Source of the DNA: Atractiella rhizophila
Lineage: Eukaryota
Assembly: GCA_021432655.1 (NCBI GenBank)
Contig: MU271467.1
Location: 1-59,541, forward strand
Reading direction: 5' to 3'
DNA length: 59,541 nt
The translations under genes were made by a program, and so were the position numbers. The notes beneath the pieces were generated by a model. The model was not told the origin of the DNA. It saw only the letters and a list, made by a program, of their open reading frames with translations, and made no database searches. Numbering within the stretch: position 1 is the first letter of the stretch; the number at the start of each line of letters is the position of its first letter. Shown here in pieces: positions 1-12,230 of the stretch.

Positions 1-1186
1 CAGTGAAGAACACTATTATTCCAGCGTATTGGAGAGAAGGGGAATATTTCGGAGGGTGGCGAGATCCTTCTAAACCTTTTAACCAGGAAACAGTGAAAGG
101 TCTGGCAACGGAATGGGGGAATGGAAGGGCTGGCTTGCTTGCTGGTTTGTTGTGGTTGAGAAAGCTTGGGGTGGATATTGTTGATGATGGTATGGTGGAG
201 AAGATGGTGGACACGATGATGGAGACCGCTAAGGCAGATGCTCCCATTTATGTAGAGCGCTGCTCGGATATCGATCAAGACCCTCCAGACCATCTTTGGC
301 TCTTCAGTGCAGCGAAGGAGAAAACATCCTCCTACTTGGGTTACGTGCATGGTATTGGTGCGTTACAACTCTCTCATTTTATCACGCTGTTGATGAGAAA
401 TGAATGGGGAGTAGCTGGTATACTGCACACAATGTTCAACGCACCATACACAACTTGGAAGAAGCACGAGTCCGCGCTTCTGAAAACGATCGAATGGATT
501 CTCCGCTTCCAGCAAGGCGATGGCAACTTCAAATGCACTCCAAAGGATGAGAAGACAGAACTTGTGCAGTCCGTCGTCTCCCACTCTCTTCCATGTCTGA
601 TTTGCCAGCTCGTAGCTTTTGTCATGGAGCACCTGGCTTTATCCTCCTCATCTCTCGTCTGCTTTCCTTGCACGCAGAAGGAACAATCGCCCTTGCCCCT
701 GAGCTGAAAGACAAGTTAACAGTTTCTCTTAAAAAGGCAGCGGATTGTGTGTGGGAGAAAGGTTTGTTGAAGAAGGGGATCAACTTATGCCACGGAGTCT
801 GTCTTCTTTGCTCTTATGGCGCTAAACCACAGGCTGACCCTTGCATCCAGGTTGCAGGCTCGGCCTATGTTCTCCTGCAGCTGGCTGTCCTCCCCAAAGG
901 AATCTTGAGCGACGACGAGAGAAGAGACTACTTATGGAAAGCAACTCGCTTTGCTTCCTTTGGAACAGATTGGAAGACAAAAGGATTTGAGACAATGGAC
1001 GTGGAAAATAGTCTCTTCTTCGGAGTTTCTGGTGTACGTCTTCCTTTCGATCTAGACCCTCAACTAGCTCTCTAAGTAATGCCACAGGCTGTGGTGATGT
1101 GGAGTGATTTGTTGACTGTGCTCGAATCAAAGGATGGGAGGGGGGACGGAAAATTCATAGGATTTCCTTTCGCTTGCGACTACTAA
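1..1186 (+). CDS. LanC-like protein (LANCL/GCR2 family), paralogue A; 5' end outside the window; spliced
   Basis: After removing GT-AG introns (about 359-414, 569-615, 797-850, 1034-1087) it reads EWGNGRAG, YLGYVHGI, HFCHGAPG, WEKGLLKKGINLCHGVAG and SLFFGVSG. These match the LanCL GxAHG, WCHG and LCHG motif series. Stop TAA at 1184-1186. Confidence 0.9.
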
Positions 1187-2157
1187 TATTGAAGATAACA
1201 AAGGGCCACACTCTCAGCCCATCCCCATTTGTTATGTATATTACCACGTGTGGAGGCAATAGTTCATGGACCTTCATACGCTCATATGCTCATGTTGCTT
1301 CTCAAAGGAATGCGCTGGGTCGGTGATTGCCTTTTCGGAAAATGCCGCCACAAATTGATAAATTAAATTCATCCTCTTCGTGCATGTCGGCAATGGAGGA
1401 AAGTGAAGGGAATGATGGTTGCGACGAAAAGAACATGAGAAGAAGTAACTTTATCACAGTATGGAAAGAGTCAAACTGAATGAATAAGTGAGCACTTTGT
1501 TTCCTCCAAAGCTTTACTGCGGTGATGTGATGAAAAAAGGCGCCATGCGCCTGAAATCTAATAACCCAGCTCGTCGAGAGCCTTCACCTTTACGGTGTTG
1601 GACGATGAGATCAAAACCTTTCTGATCCATTCTCTCCTGTTAATATTGATTCTGCACTATGTACTGATTTATTCTCTCTAGGACGACTCTTCCGACCCGT
1701 CAAGCTGAATAACTAGGCGATGCTGCATGAAAGCAGAGATTAGTCACCGAAGCGCAATAAAGCCTTCCTATGCTCGCCATCGTTAGCAAAGTGAAGAGAC
1801 CGTTCGATCGGACTGCAACGAATTCTATTAACCTTCACATGCTTCAGGCTACAATACTGTAGCCTGTGCTCGCGTGAAGTTGATGCATACACTGTGGGAA
1901 GTTCTGAGTATTTGAATGTTCACATTCGTCTGGTCGAACTTTGCAACACTCTTGCTTGTTAGTGAGTTGGTCGCAGTACCGCAGTCGCACAAGGCTGCGC
2001 AACCTGGCATCCGCAGCTATTCCTCAGGAATGTGCAGGTTTTTGGCTGGTTAAAAGGAGGCAGCAATCCTTACTTGCTCAGAGCACCTACCACACACAAA
2101 ATCTTTCAGCACCAGTCGGCACTGTTACTCCTCCTACTTTCATACGAAGCAATCATC

Positions 2158-4019
2158 ATGGCCAATCGATATTTTGAAAACCCATTTTCCAATCCCCCTC
2201 ATCTTGCAGCCCAAAACAACGAAGTTATGACCAGCGAGGAGAAAAGCTTGCTTTGCCAGTCTATACAGTCTTTGATTATCCAAGCTGGGGAGCTCCATCC
2301 CAGTCTGACTGAGAAGGCGTTGGAGAATCCGGAGAAGGCGGAAGAGGCGAAGGATTTGGAGGTGACACCTTTCTTTGGCACTTCTGGTTAGTTGCTTTCT
2401 CATTCGCTTCGTTCCTTCGAGCGCGCTGGCAGTCGTCTGTGAAGTTGGGGTTTGCATCTCCATTCAAGATAGAGCTGTTCTTTGTTGCCTGATTTTCTCG
2501 GACGATACAGTTGTGACATAGGATGCCCCCCTTACCTCATCGAATGTCTGAAAGACCACCCTCTCAGTGCTAACTGTATCTCCGTTTACAGGGATTCTAT
2601 ATGCTCTGCAAAGACTCCTTAGACAACAGTCTTTCGATTATCCGCCTTCCTTCCACGATTCCATCAAAAGGTCCGCAGAAACACTCACTAAATTTCAAGC
2701 AACTTTAGCTAGAGACCCTGCTCCAAAACAATGTTACGAGGTCTCCCCAATGTTCACTCCTGTCGGTCAACTCTTCATCGCTATCTACCTACACGCTGCT
2801 TCCGGCTCTCCTATCCCCTCAGATCTACTGGAAACGCTGAAAAGCAAAATCATCCCAGCGTTCTATAAGGACGATGAAGAAAACACTAGTAAATATCGTG
2901 ATCCGAAGAAGCCTTACGAGCATGGACAACTGAGAGGATTAGAGACAGAGTGGGGGAATGGAAGAGCCGGTTTGTTCGCTGGTTTGTTGTGGCTCAAAAG
3001 GTTAGGCGCGAATGTGGTGGATACTGTGGTGGATGATGCGGAGCTGGAGAAGATGGTGGATGTGATGATTGAGAGCGGGAGGAGCGACGCGAAGGTCTAT
3101 AAAGAGAAATACGGAGGTGAAGACTCGCCGGAGGTTCTTTGGCTCTGGAGTACGGTGGGAGAGAAACCTTTCATGTACCTGGGATACGTACACGGTATCG
3201 GTTCGTCCCTTTCAGTTCTTCCCGTTTGTTGCATACTGAATCGAATGCAGCTGGCATTCTCTCGTCCATCATCAGTGCCCCTTTTGCGACGTGGAAGAAA
3301 CACGAATCAGCGATCTTGCAACTCATTGAATGGACCCTCAAATTTCAGGCTGAAGACGGCAATTTTCTAACTTTCCTCAACGAAGGGCCGCCAGTTCGCC
3401 TACAGTGAGCTTCATCCTCCACAAGCTAACAAACGTGACCGCAACGCCTTTAGTTTCTGCCATGGGGGGCTCGGTTTCATCATTCTTTTTTGTCAACTGC
3501 TCTCTCTCCATGCTGAAGGCACGCTTTCTCTGCGGCATGAGCTCAAAGAAAAGCTCCTCGCATCCGTTCGCAAGGCAGCCGATTGCTTATGGCAAAAAGG
3601 TCTCCTGAAGAAGGGCATCAACATCTGTCATGGTGTCCGTCTCCTTCCCTTCTACCCTTTACAACACTGATGGGAGTACTAAGGTTGCTGGCTCCGCTTA
3701 TGGTTTCTTGCATCTTTCAAACCTTCCTTCCAACATTCTAAGCAACGAAGAGAGGCATGATTATCTCTGGAAAGCCACGAGATTTGCGCTTTTTGCAGTG
3801 GATAGGGAGAGGGAAGGGTTCGAGAAGATGGACTTCGAGACGAGTCTTTTCTGCGGGACACCTGGGGTACGTTATCCTCCTTCTCCCTTTCTGTAGAAAT
3901 AGTATGCTGAAGCGAAAGCGCAGACGGCACTCATGTGGAGTGATTTGTTGACTGTCGTCAATTCTAAAGACGGAAGAGGGGATGGGAAATTTTTGGGCCT
4001 TCCCTTCATTTTTGATTAG
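2158..4019 (+). CDS. LanC-like protein, paralogue B; spliced
   Basis: Starts MANRYFENPF (LanCL-type N-terminus). Contains EWGNGRAG, YLGYVHGI, HFCHGGLG, WQKGLLKKGINICHGVAG and SLFCGTPG. Intron positions match paralogue A. Stop TAG at 4017-4019. Confidence 0.9.
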
Positions 4020-5193
4020 CACGCATAATCCAATACGATGCAGCGTACTTTCATCCGACATCCGTCACGTCATATCACCGCGTGCAAGGATATCCTTGCT
4101 GGAACGTTGACTCTGCCTTGTCACGTTACAATGGATGCACCTGTTCCGAAACAATGCTACGCAGGTGCTGCGAAAGATCGTGACTTTGGTAGAGAGGGGT
4201 TGGAAGACGGGCTGCTGACGTATTTTTCCGTGTGGACTGGTGGTGTTACATTGCTCCGTGTTCCTCCAGTCCCCATCTCTTTCGCCTTGAGGTGTGACTG
4301 CTAGAGGAGAGCGCCTATGTGCGGTGATTTGTTGCAGACTCAGATTCAAAGCTAGAAACAAAGATGCCAAGATGCCCCTTTGCGTTTGCGATTCTAAGAG
4401 TACTATGTCCAATGCGTTGTACTCCATCCCATCAAGTAAGCTACAGTTCATTTTCCCGTTGGTCCTTGCCATTCATTGGTGATCTTGCTCGACCACTCCC
4501 GACGTTCTTTCAACTTTCGAAATAGCCAGTCCTTTGCAGCGTATCTTCTGGGCGCCATGTATTTTCTCGCATTTGGCTGAGCTCCAATGCAACCTGCCAG
4601 ACTGGTGACACCCGCGAGGCTTGTGAGGCTTTAGAGGTGAACGTGCACGGAAGAGAGAGGCATTCTGCGGATAACTTTCACGGCAAGGGGACAGACCTAG
4701 AGCCAACCACACCACGGTTTTGACACCGTTGACACTACGCATCCAAACAATCGTACATCCTCTGCTCCAAGGACCGTTGTTGGCTGTGGTCAGACTGGAG
4801 CCAGCAAGGTGCACCCTCCCAGGATCCACAGCTCCGTGCTTTCCACCCACACTAGCTGTGATGTCATCACCACTCCCCCCAACCCCTCCTGCAATTTCTT
4901 GTGCCACAGCCACCCACGAGCACCCTAAATGCGCATTTGCGCCAGCAGGAACATGAATCATATTCCCAAATCTCACATCAGGATTGTTCAGCAATTGTTT
5001 GGTGCCACTGTCTTTCGCAGTAAATCTTGGCGTGGTTCCGGTGGAACGGCTTGTTGATCTTTGCTCACCGCAGGATTGTGTCCTTTCGCGAGAACCAGGT
5101 ATTTATAAGGAGAGCTCATTTGTGCCCAACTTTCGTCAATCCTTCTACGACTTCAACACCTCCTTCTCATTTACGACTTCAGATAGTTCCAAC

Positions 5194-6508
5194 ATGTCGA
5201 GCACTGGCACTCCCCAACCCACGAGCCTTCCTGACGACTTGAACGACAGCTTGTACAACTACAGGTGAGTTTTCAATCTCACTCCCTCCGTCACTTCCGA
5301 ATCCTCAAGCTGATAACGCTGGCTCGGTGCAGCGTCAATGGAGTCCTTCCTATTGTTGCAGCTGTCGTTTTTGCGGTGGCGTTAGCCATCCATCTTTGGC
5401 AAGCATTGCGCTCGAAGTCCTTCAATTACATGGTAAGTGTCTTTGCTTACTGACTCAACCTTTCGTCGCTGAAAGGTATTTCAGTGGCCGTTTATAGGCG
5501 GATTGATACTCGAAGTAGTAGGCTACATCTTTCGCAGAATCTCACGGGACGATGATGAGTGTGTCTTTCCATTCCCGTTCCAACACATGGTGCTGACAAG
5601 TATTCAGAAAACTGGGATATTTCATTATCCAACAGCTCTTTGTCGTCATTGCGTTCGCACCCTTTCCTCCTGTTCGGTTGAGCAAGTGACTGAAGGATTC
5701 TGCAGACCTGCTCTCCTCGCCGCCAGCTTGTACATGAGCTATGGACGTTTGACTCTCTTCGTCGAAGAGCGCTTCTCTCCCCTCCGTCCGAGATGGGTCA
5801 CACGCACCTTCGTCACCGCTGATGTGTTTTCCTTCCTCATCCAAGGAGCTGGTCCGTCTTAAGCTTCTTTTCAGTTAAGGAAGTGCATGGAGCTCATGAC
5901 GATGGTCGAGTACAGGTGGATCTCTATATGCCGGTGATAACATCAGCGCTAGCAAGGCAAACACCGCGAAGGCCATCATTACCGTGGGATTCATCATCCA
6001 GGTTCGCAATTTCCGGACCTTATTAAAACTGCTTTCCTCACACGTCCATTCCTTGCAGATCGTAGCCTTCTCTTGCTTTCTCGTCATCTCCCTGATCTTC
6101 TACCGACGAGCAAAAGCCGGAATCCCTGATTCGCACGCCATCAGACTCGTCCCCGTCCTCTGGCTCACCTCCATTCCCATTCTTGTGAGGACCATCTTCC
6201 GTCTAGCCGAGTTTGCCTCGTCAAACGATAACGGAGAAGGGTACCTGCTCGATCACGAAGTTTTTCGTACGCTTTCTATGTTAATTTGGAGAACGGTTAT
6301 AAACTGAATCGTATTCGTAGTTTGGGTGCTCGAAACCATTCCCATCCTTATCTCTGTCTTCTACCTTGGGTGGTTCCACCCCTCAAGGTGCTCTTTCCCC
6401 GCCCATCGTACAAAAGCTTGACTAATAACTGGACATAGATACATCCCGAACGATAAGGCCCTTCGGGAGAAGCATATTGAGGATCCTTTAACCATGCAAC
6501 AGGTTTAA
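5194..6508 (+). CDS. RTA1-family (lipid-translocating exporter-like) multi-pass membrane protein, paralogue A
   Basis: Motifs LYNY, LEVVGYIFR, PALLAASLYMSYGRL, FVTADVFSFLIQGAG, RTIFRLAEF, GYLLDHE and FHPSRY across multiple introns. Confidence 0.9.
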
Positions 6509-7774
6509 ATCAGAGGCATTTGGTTGATTCTATGTAGAAAGACTCAAAAGGGATACGGTTAGAAGATTTGTGACATCTTAATCTGTTCACTCGTTATTTT
6601 CACTGTAGCAGTAGCCATTCATGGACTTTTTGGACAATGCTGTTACTTTTACGGTTTGGGAGTGTATCAGAGTTGCGAGTGATAATACTCATGATCTACA
6701 TACCTTCTATCACCAAGAAGCGCTCGCCGTTAGATGCATGGTATGGGGAAGCTCAAGGAAGTGATGGACCTGAACGTTGGATGCCATCTCACGGTTTCAA
6801 TATTCATCCATGAGTGCAGAAGCACTCGACCAAATATTTCAGTCGCAAACACCTTGAAAGAAATACCTAACTTTGAAGTTTCTTGAAGTTCACGTTGTTC
6901 TCCAGGGTAGTTTGATGTTTTACAAATTAGTTACCATATTAATGTTCCGAGCTGTGTCCTCGAATGGCGCATTGGCGCAAGCGAGCGTAAGCCCCCATTG
7001 AAGCTATTGGCCTTTTCGGGATTGACTATCCGAACGAAGCATCATGACGAGCCCAGCGACGAAAATAACCGAATCGAGAACGAAGGGATGGCAACATCGT
7101 GACTCTTGCGTCGACATTCCCTCCACCTTTTTGATTCCTTTGGATTCTTTTTCACCGCAGGAGTCAACGGCTTTTATGTGGGATTCGACTGCAGGGTGTT
7201 GAATGGTAGATGCATCGATGGTAAAACAATAGAACAACTCCTGACTTCGGCATGGTCTGGGGACATCAAATTCGGGTGATATATTGTGAGGTATTCGTGA
7301 CTGTTGCTTTCCGACTCCCTTCGATGTTGTATGGAGCATCCTGATGCTTCTGTTAACAGAGGAGGGACCACGTGCGAGGGGCAGAGAAGGACAAACGGCC
7401 ATGAAGAACTGCCGTCTCTACGTACAGCTACGAGAAACGCTCAGGCACACCTCTGCCCAACCTACGCCGCTTTTCGCAGTCAAAGAAGGCAGGTGGCAGC
7501 GAAGTTACTGCAAACTCCAGAGATCCGTTCAACCAGGCTCAACTGGATTAAAGTTATCAAGTCCTTGTGAGGCGAGGCTGGCGCATTTCAGAGGAAGCAG
7601 TCTGTGACTCATGGGGAAGCATTCTCCCGACTCGACAGAGCAACCTGAAGGCCAAAGCTTTAAAAGGGTACTTGGGAGCAGCTATGGACCCCCAACACTC
7701 CTCCTTCTTACGAAGCGATCTACCATATAATATTTCACACGCTCTACAACTTCCAGCAGGATCTGAACTTGAAA

Positions 7775-9143
7775 ATGTCGAACGCAAACGATAATAATAC
7801 CAACCAGAACGACGACTTTTACAACTATAAGTGAGGAATTACTCAATATTCTCAAACAAAAAGTGCTTTTGCTAATAATTCACTTTTTCCAGCCCTAATC
7901 ATGTGCTACCAATAGTTGGAGCCGCGATTTTCGGTTTCTGCTTCCTCTACCACTCATGGCAATCCATCCGTTCGAGGTCATATAACTATTGGGTTTGGGT
8001 CCTCCTAATAAATGCCTATCATGCCAATATATTTTCTGCAGTGGCCGTTCCTTATTGGAGTGGGTTTAGAAATAGGGGGATATGTCTTTCGCAAACTCAC
8101 AGCGAAGAGAACGGACGTGTAAGCAGCCCTCCACTTGTTCATCTATCCCAACGATAACTGACCATCTTTATTAGCAACCAAACGTTTTTTATACTCCAAC
8201 AAGTGTTTATCATTATCGCGTCAGTCTTTCATTATCTGTTTCACAAAAGCACACGGAATGACTCATGCTTGAAATTCGTTAGACCCGCCCTTCTCGCTGC
8301 AAGTCTATACATGAGCTATGGCCGCTTGACCCTTTACGTGGAAGCTCGCTTTTCTCCAATGCGACCAAAATGGGTCACGCGGACATTTGTCACGTTTGAT
8401 GTTTTTTCATTTCTCATTCAAGCAGCCGGTACGTTCTTCGATTCTCCATTCCAAGTGGAGAGTGCTGACCACGATTATATTCACCCTTCAGGAGGATCTC
8501 TGTATTCTGGTGACAATATCACTGAAACAAAGGCAAATATTGCGAAGGCAATCATCGTTAGCGGCTTTGTGATTCAGGTATGTTCGCACTTTCACCTTGT
8601 TTCTTTTGCTCATCACCTCGCAGATCGTCGCGTTCTCAAGCTTTCTGCTCATTTCTCGAGTCTTTCTTGGACGCGCAAGGGCAGTTAATCCTCAATCGAA
8701 TGCTCTCAAACTTGTTCCCGTGCTCTGGTGGACTTCAATCCCTATCTTGGTTCGTGTTTCTGTACGGGTTTCTTGGTCGAGGTCGAACTCATAGACGCAC
8801 TGCAGCTACGGACAGTGTTCCGTCTCATCGAATTCGCCACTGCCAATAAGGAAGGGAATGGGTACATTCTCGACCACGAATGGTTCTGTAAGTTTTCTGG
8901 CCAGCCTTTTGGGGCGAAGAAACCTGATCGTTCATTGGTGACAGTATGGGTGTTCGAGACTACTCCAGTGGTCATCTCTGTCCTGTACATCGGATACTTC
9001 CATCCTTCACGGTATGTGTTTCGACCTGTCATCTCTTCCTGCAAACTGATGGATGACGGATACTCAGATATATCCCGAATGACAAATCGGTCCGTGAAGA
9101 TAAATCTGCCCTGGAGGAATCCCTTCCATTAGATCGAGTGTAA
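7775..9143 (+). CDS. RTA1-family membrane protein, paralogue B
   Basis: Motifs FYNY, LEIGGYVFR, PALLAASLYMSYGRL, FVTFDVFSFLIQAAG, RTVFRLIEF, GYILDHE and FHPSRYIP. Intron layout parallels paralogue A. Confidence 0.9.
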
Positions 9144-9433
9144 ACCTGAGCGCTTTCTTTGCAGTTTAACTATGGACTTAACAGTTTTTCTTGGATGTGT
9201 ACCTTCAAGTAACAGTAGTTCTCAAAAGAAAGTTACCTGTTTCGTGAATCGGTTTCTCCGACGGTCATTCTTTCAATATCTAACCAACGAGTGTACTGTA
9301 GACCAAGGACAATTCAGTTTTTAGTTTGAAGAACAAGTTGTACAAACATAGACATTGCAACGTCCTGCTTCACTTCACTACACTGATGCACAGACGAATA
9401 CACCAACAGAAATCTTGCGCAACATTGTAGTGT

Positions 9434-12097
9434 TCACATTTCACTCCTCAGCCTGATCTTATAACAGTCCTCGTGGTAAGCCTTCTTGCCACCGTTCTTT
9501 GGGCCATCATCCCGCGTAAAGAAAGACGATGTTGGGAACGGTTTCCGGCACATCTACCCTCTAATCAGCTTACTGTGATGTAAAAGGTTTGCGAGAGACC
9601 TACATGACAAACAAAACAATCCTCATGCCAGCTCTTATCTAAAGCCTTCACAACTGTGTCTTCCTCAATACCCTTTCCACATCCTCCACATTTAGGTCGG
9701 TAGAGGTTCACGTTGCACCTCTGACAGTAAGGATGGCCTTTACGAACAACGAACGGTTTTGCCTCCACTTTTCTTTCTCCTCCATTTTCCTCACGAACGC
9801 CAGGGATCTGGGAAATCCGAGACTTTTCCAAGAGTGATTTTGGATCAATGAAGGGGTCACCGCAGTTGGCACAGAAGAAGTGAAGCTCATGGTAAGTTCG
9901 TGGTGGACCAAGAGACGGTTCTGAAATGGTGATGTAGGACTCGTCTACGATCGCTGTCTTGCAATGATAACATTTAAGGGAGAAATGCTGCAGTAGATGT
10001 TCAGCACAAAGGTGCGGCGCCAACGAAATGATGTGACATACCTCATCCCAATCAACCCCACACCAGCCTCCAATTTCTGCTCCTTCTTCGACGTCTTTCA
10101 TCGTTCCATTCAAATCCTTCGGACCTTCGAAGAAAGCGATATGCTCCAAATTCGTTCCACAATAGACACAAGTGAAGCAGTCAGGGTGGAACTTCTTCCC
10201 CCTGAGCGCGCTAACCATTCGACCAATGATGAGCTGTCCACACTCCGCACACTGCATATTCTCTTCTTCGCTCGGCGGTCCCCTCGCCCTTGAGCGCGGG
10301 ATGATGGTAGGGATGTAAGTTGGAAGATTTTTCTCTGATGGATCTCGTGGGGCGTGAGTGAAGTAAGAGTCGACTTGTGAAGGCTGGGGCTTGGGAGAAG
10401 GTGGAGCGACGGCGATGGCAATAGATGCCGAAGCTTGGTCTTCCTCTTCTTCGTCCCCACCATCAAAGGAAAACGTAGGGACAGGGACCGAAACTTCTCC
10501 ATCAGCATAATTGTCTTGTTCTTCATCATGAACAGCAATCGAAGGTGGAGAATCAGGCGTTTGGATAGAAGGCGGCGAAGCTGGCTCCTCGATGTAGACT
10601 GCAGGCGGCTTAGGCTTGATCGCAGGGGGTTGCCTGTCGTTCGAAGGTCCAACCAGCTCTTCCATCCTCTTCCTGATGGCCTCTACACCTTCTTCGTCCA
10701 CTTTCACTCCACCAATCTCCTGGGAGCTGGGCGGGTCGAAAACTCTCTGCACTCTAACCGGCGTCGTCGGCTTTGCTCCTTGAACACTCGTAGCAGGCGG
10801 AGAAGTTGTTGGTGGCTCGATCTCAACACTCGGAGCTGGAGCTGTGCCTCCCCATCCAATCTTCGGCTTGAAACGTTTTACAGGTCCCGTCTCATCAACT
10901 GATTCTTGCAGTGATAGGTCCCTTGGTTTAGGAGGTGGCATGGGAAGCGGTCGCTTGATGGACCCTACTGAAGAAACGGAGTCCGAGCGGCGAGGAGCTA
11001 TAGGTTTCGTGGCTGTGGACGGGATGGTTGGAGGAGTCGCAACTCGTCCACTAGTGACGCTCGCGAGGGAATCCTGTCGTCTTACAGGTTTGGTAGCAGG
11101 ATTGACGGGGGGAGGCTGAGAAGAATTCGGCGAGGATAGAGGGGGAGTATAGGAAGCCGGAGCGGTGGTAGGATTTGCGTAGCTGCTCGTGACCGGGGTG
11201 GGCGAGGCATAACCTTGAGAATGATGAGAGTGGGAACTTGGATATTGCGCTGTAGTACTAGGAGGATAGTGTTGTGTTGGCTGAGTTGAATACTGGTACT
11301 GTTGCTGCTGCGAGGAGGGCTGATACGCCTGAGGGTGCTGAGTGGGTGGCTGTTGAGGTTGAGGTTGTTGATACTGAGGTTGTTGGGCCGGCTGTTGACC
11401 GTAACTCTGTGAGCCTCTCCAACCACCTTGAGTTTGAGGTGATTGAGGAGGGTACCCTTGGTGGTGTTGTTGGTAGCCATAGGTAGACGGGGATGAGGGG
11501 TATTGACTTGGCTGTTGCTGCGAGTAATACGGTCCGCTAGGTTGAGATTGAGGGTACTGTGGCGCTTGTTGGGCATAATATCCGTTTGAAGTTGATGGTT
11601 GCTGCTGTTGGAAACCGTTTTGTGAGTATCCAGCTTGGGTTGTCTGATATTGCGTGGGGTTCTGGTATTGAGCTGTGAAAAACCACTGTTAAACAAGGTA
11701 AGGTTCACAAGTAGGAAGAGAATCAAAGGTGGCAATCGCCATTTTATGACAAAAGAGACATTTTATGACAAAAGAGAACGTTCAATAACAAGGATTCCTC
11801 ACACCATCGTTCACTATGTAGCTTCAGAGGTATGACCCTGTTATCAATGTCATGGATGAGATGACGACATCGTGGAAACAATGGAAACAAAGACCCCATG
11901 ATACACAAGTCACAGAAATGATTTCAAATACATAAACATGGTGCCCATGCCCATCAGAGTAAGGAAGTAGACTTACCTTGTCCATGAGGCTGCGTTTGGT
12001 ACGCAGTGGCATATGAATCATTCTGCTGCTGCAACTGCTTCATAAAAGGTGTCATCTTTGGCCCTGGTCCTCCTTGCGCATAATTGTAGGAAGTCAT
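9434..12097 (-). CDS. LIM-domain (paxillin/Pxl1-like) protein with Q/P-rich N-terminus
   Basis: C-terminal LIM fingers: CAECGQ..HPDCFTCVYC, CYHC..HELHFFCANC..YCQRC and CGGC..WHEDCFVC..HEDCY. ATG at 12097 (MTSYNYAQGG); TGA at 9434. Confidence 0.88.
11740..11777. repeat. Perfect 19-bp tandem duplication (cattttatgacaaaagaga x2) in the first intron of the LIM gene
   Basis: Read directly from the sequence. Confidence 0.9.
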
Positions 12098-12230
12098 GTT
12101 GAGCAACTTGAACGCGTTGAGTAGAGATAATCGTGTCGTTGGTTTGTCAGCGGACGGAAATACTGCCAACAGAGCAATCACGTGAATATTCGCTTCAATT
12201 GTGTTCTGCTCATAGTTGTTCAAGGAGAGG

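Noticed and set aside
4473..4994. Short Cys/Ser/Thr-containing ORFs beside the LanCL genes as possible lanthipeptide precursors
   Set aside because: No convincing ATG start, leader/core organisation or dehydratase; indistinguishable from chance ORFs or a decayed fragment.
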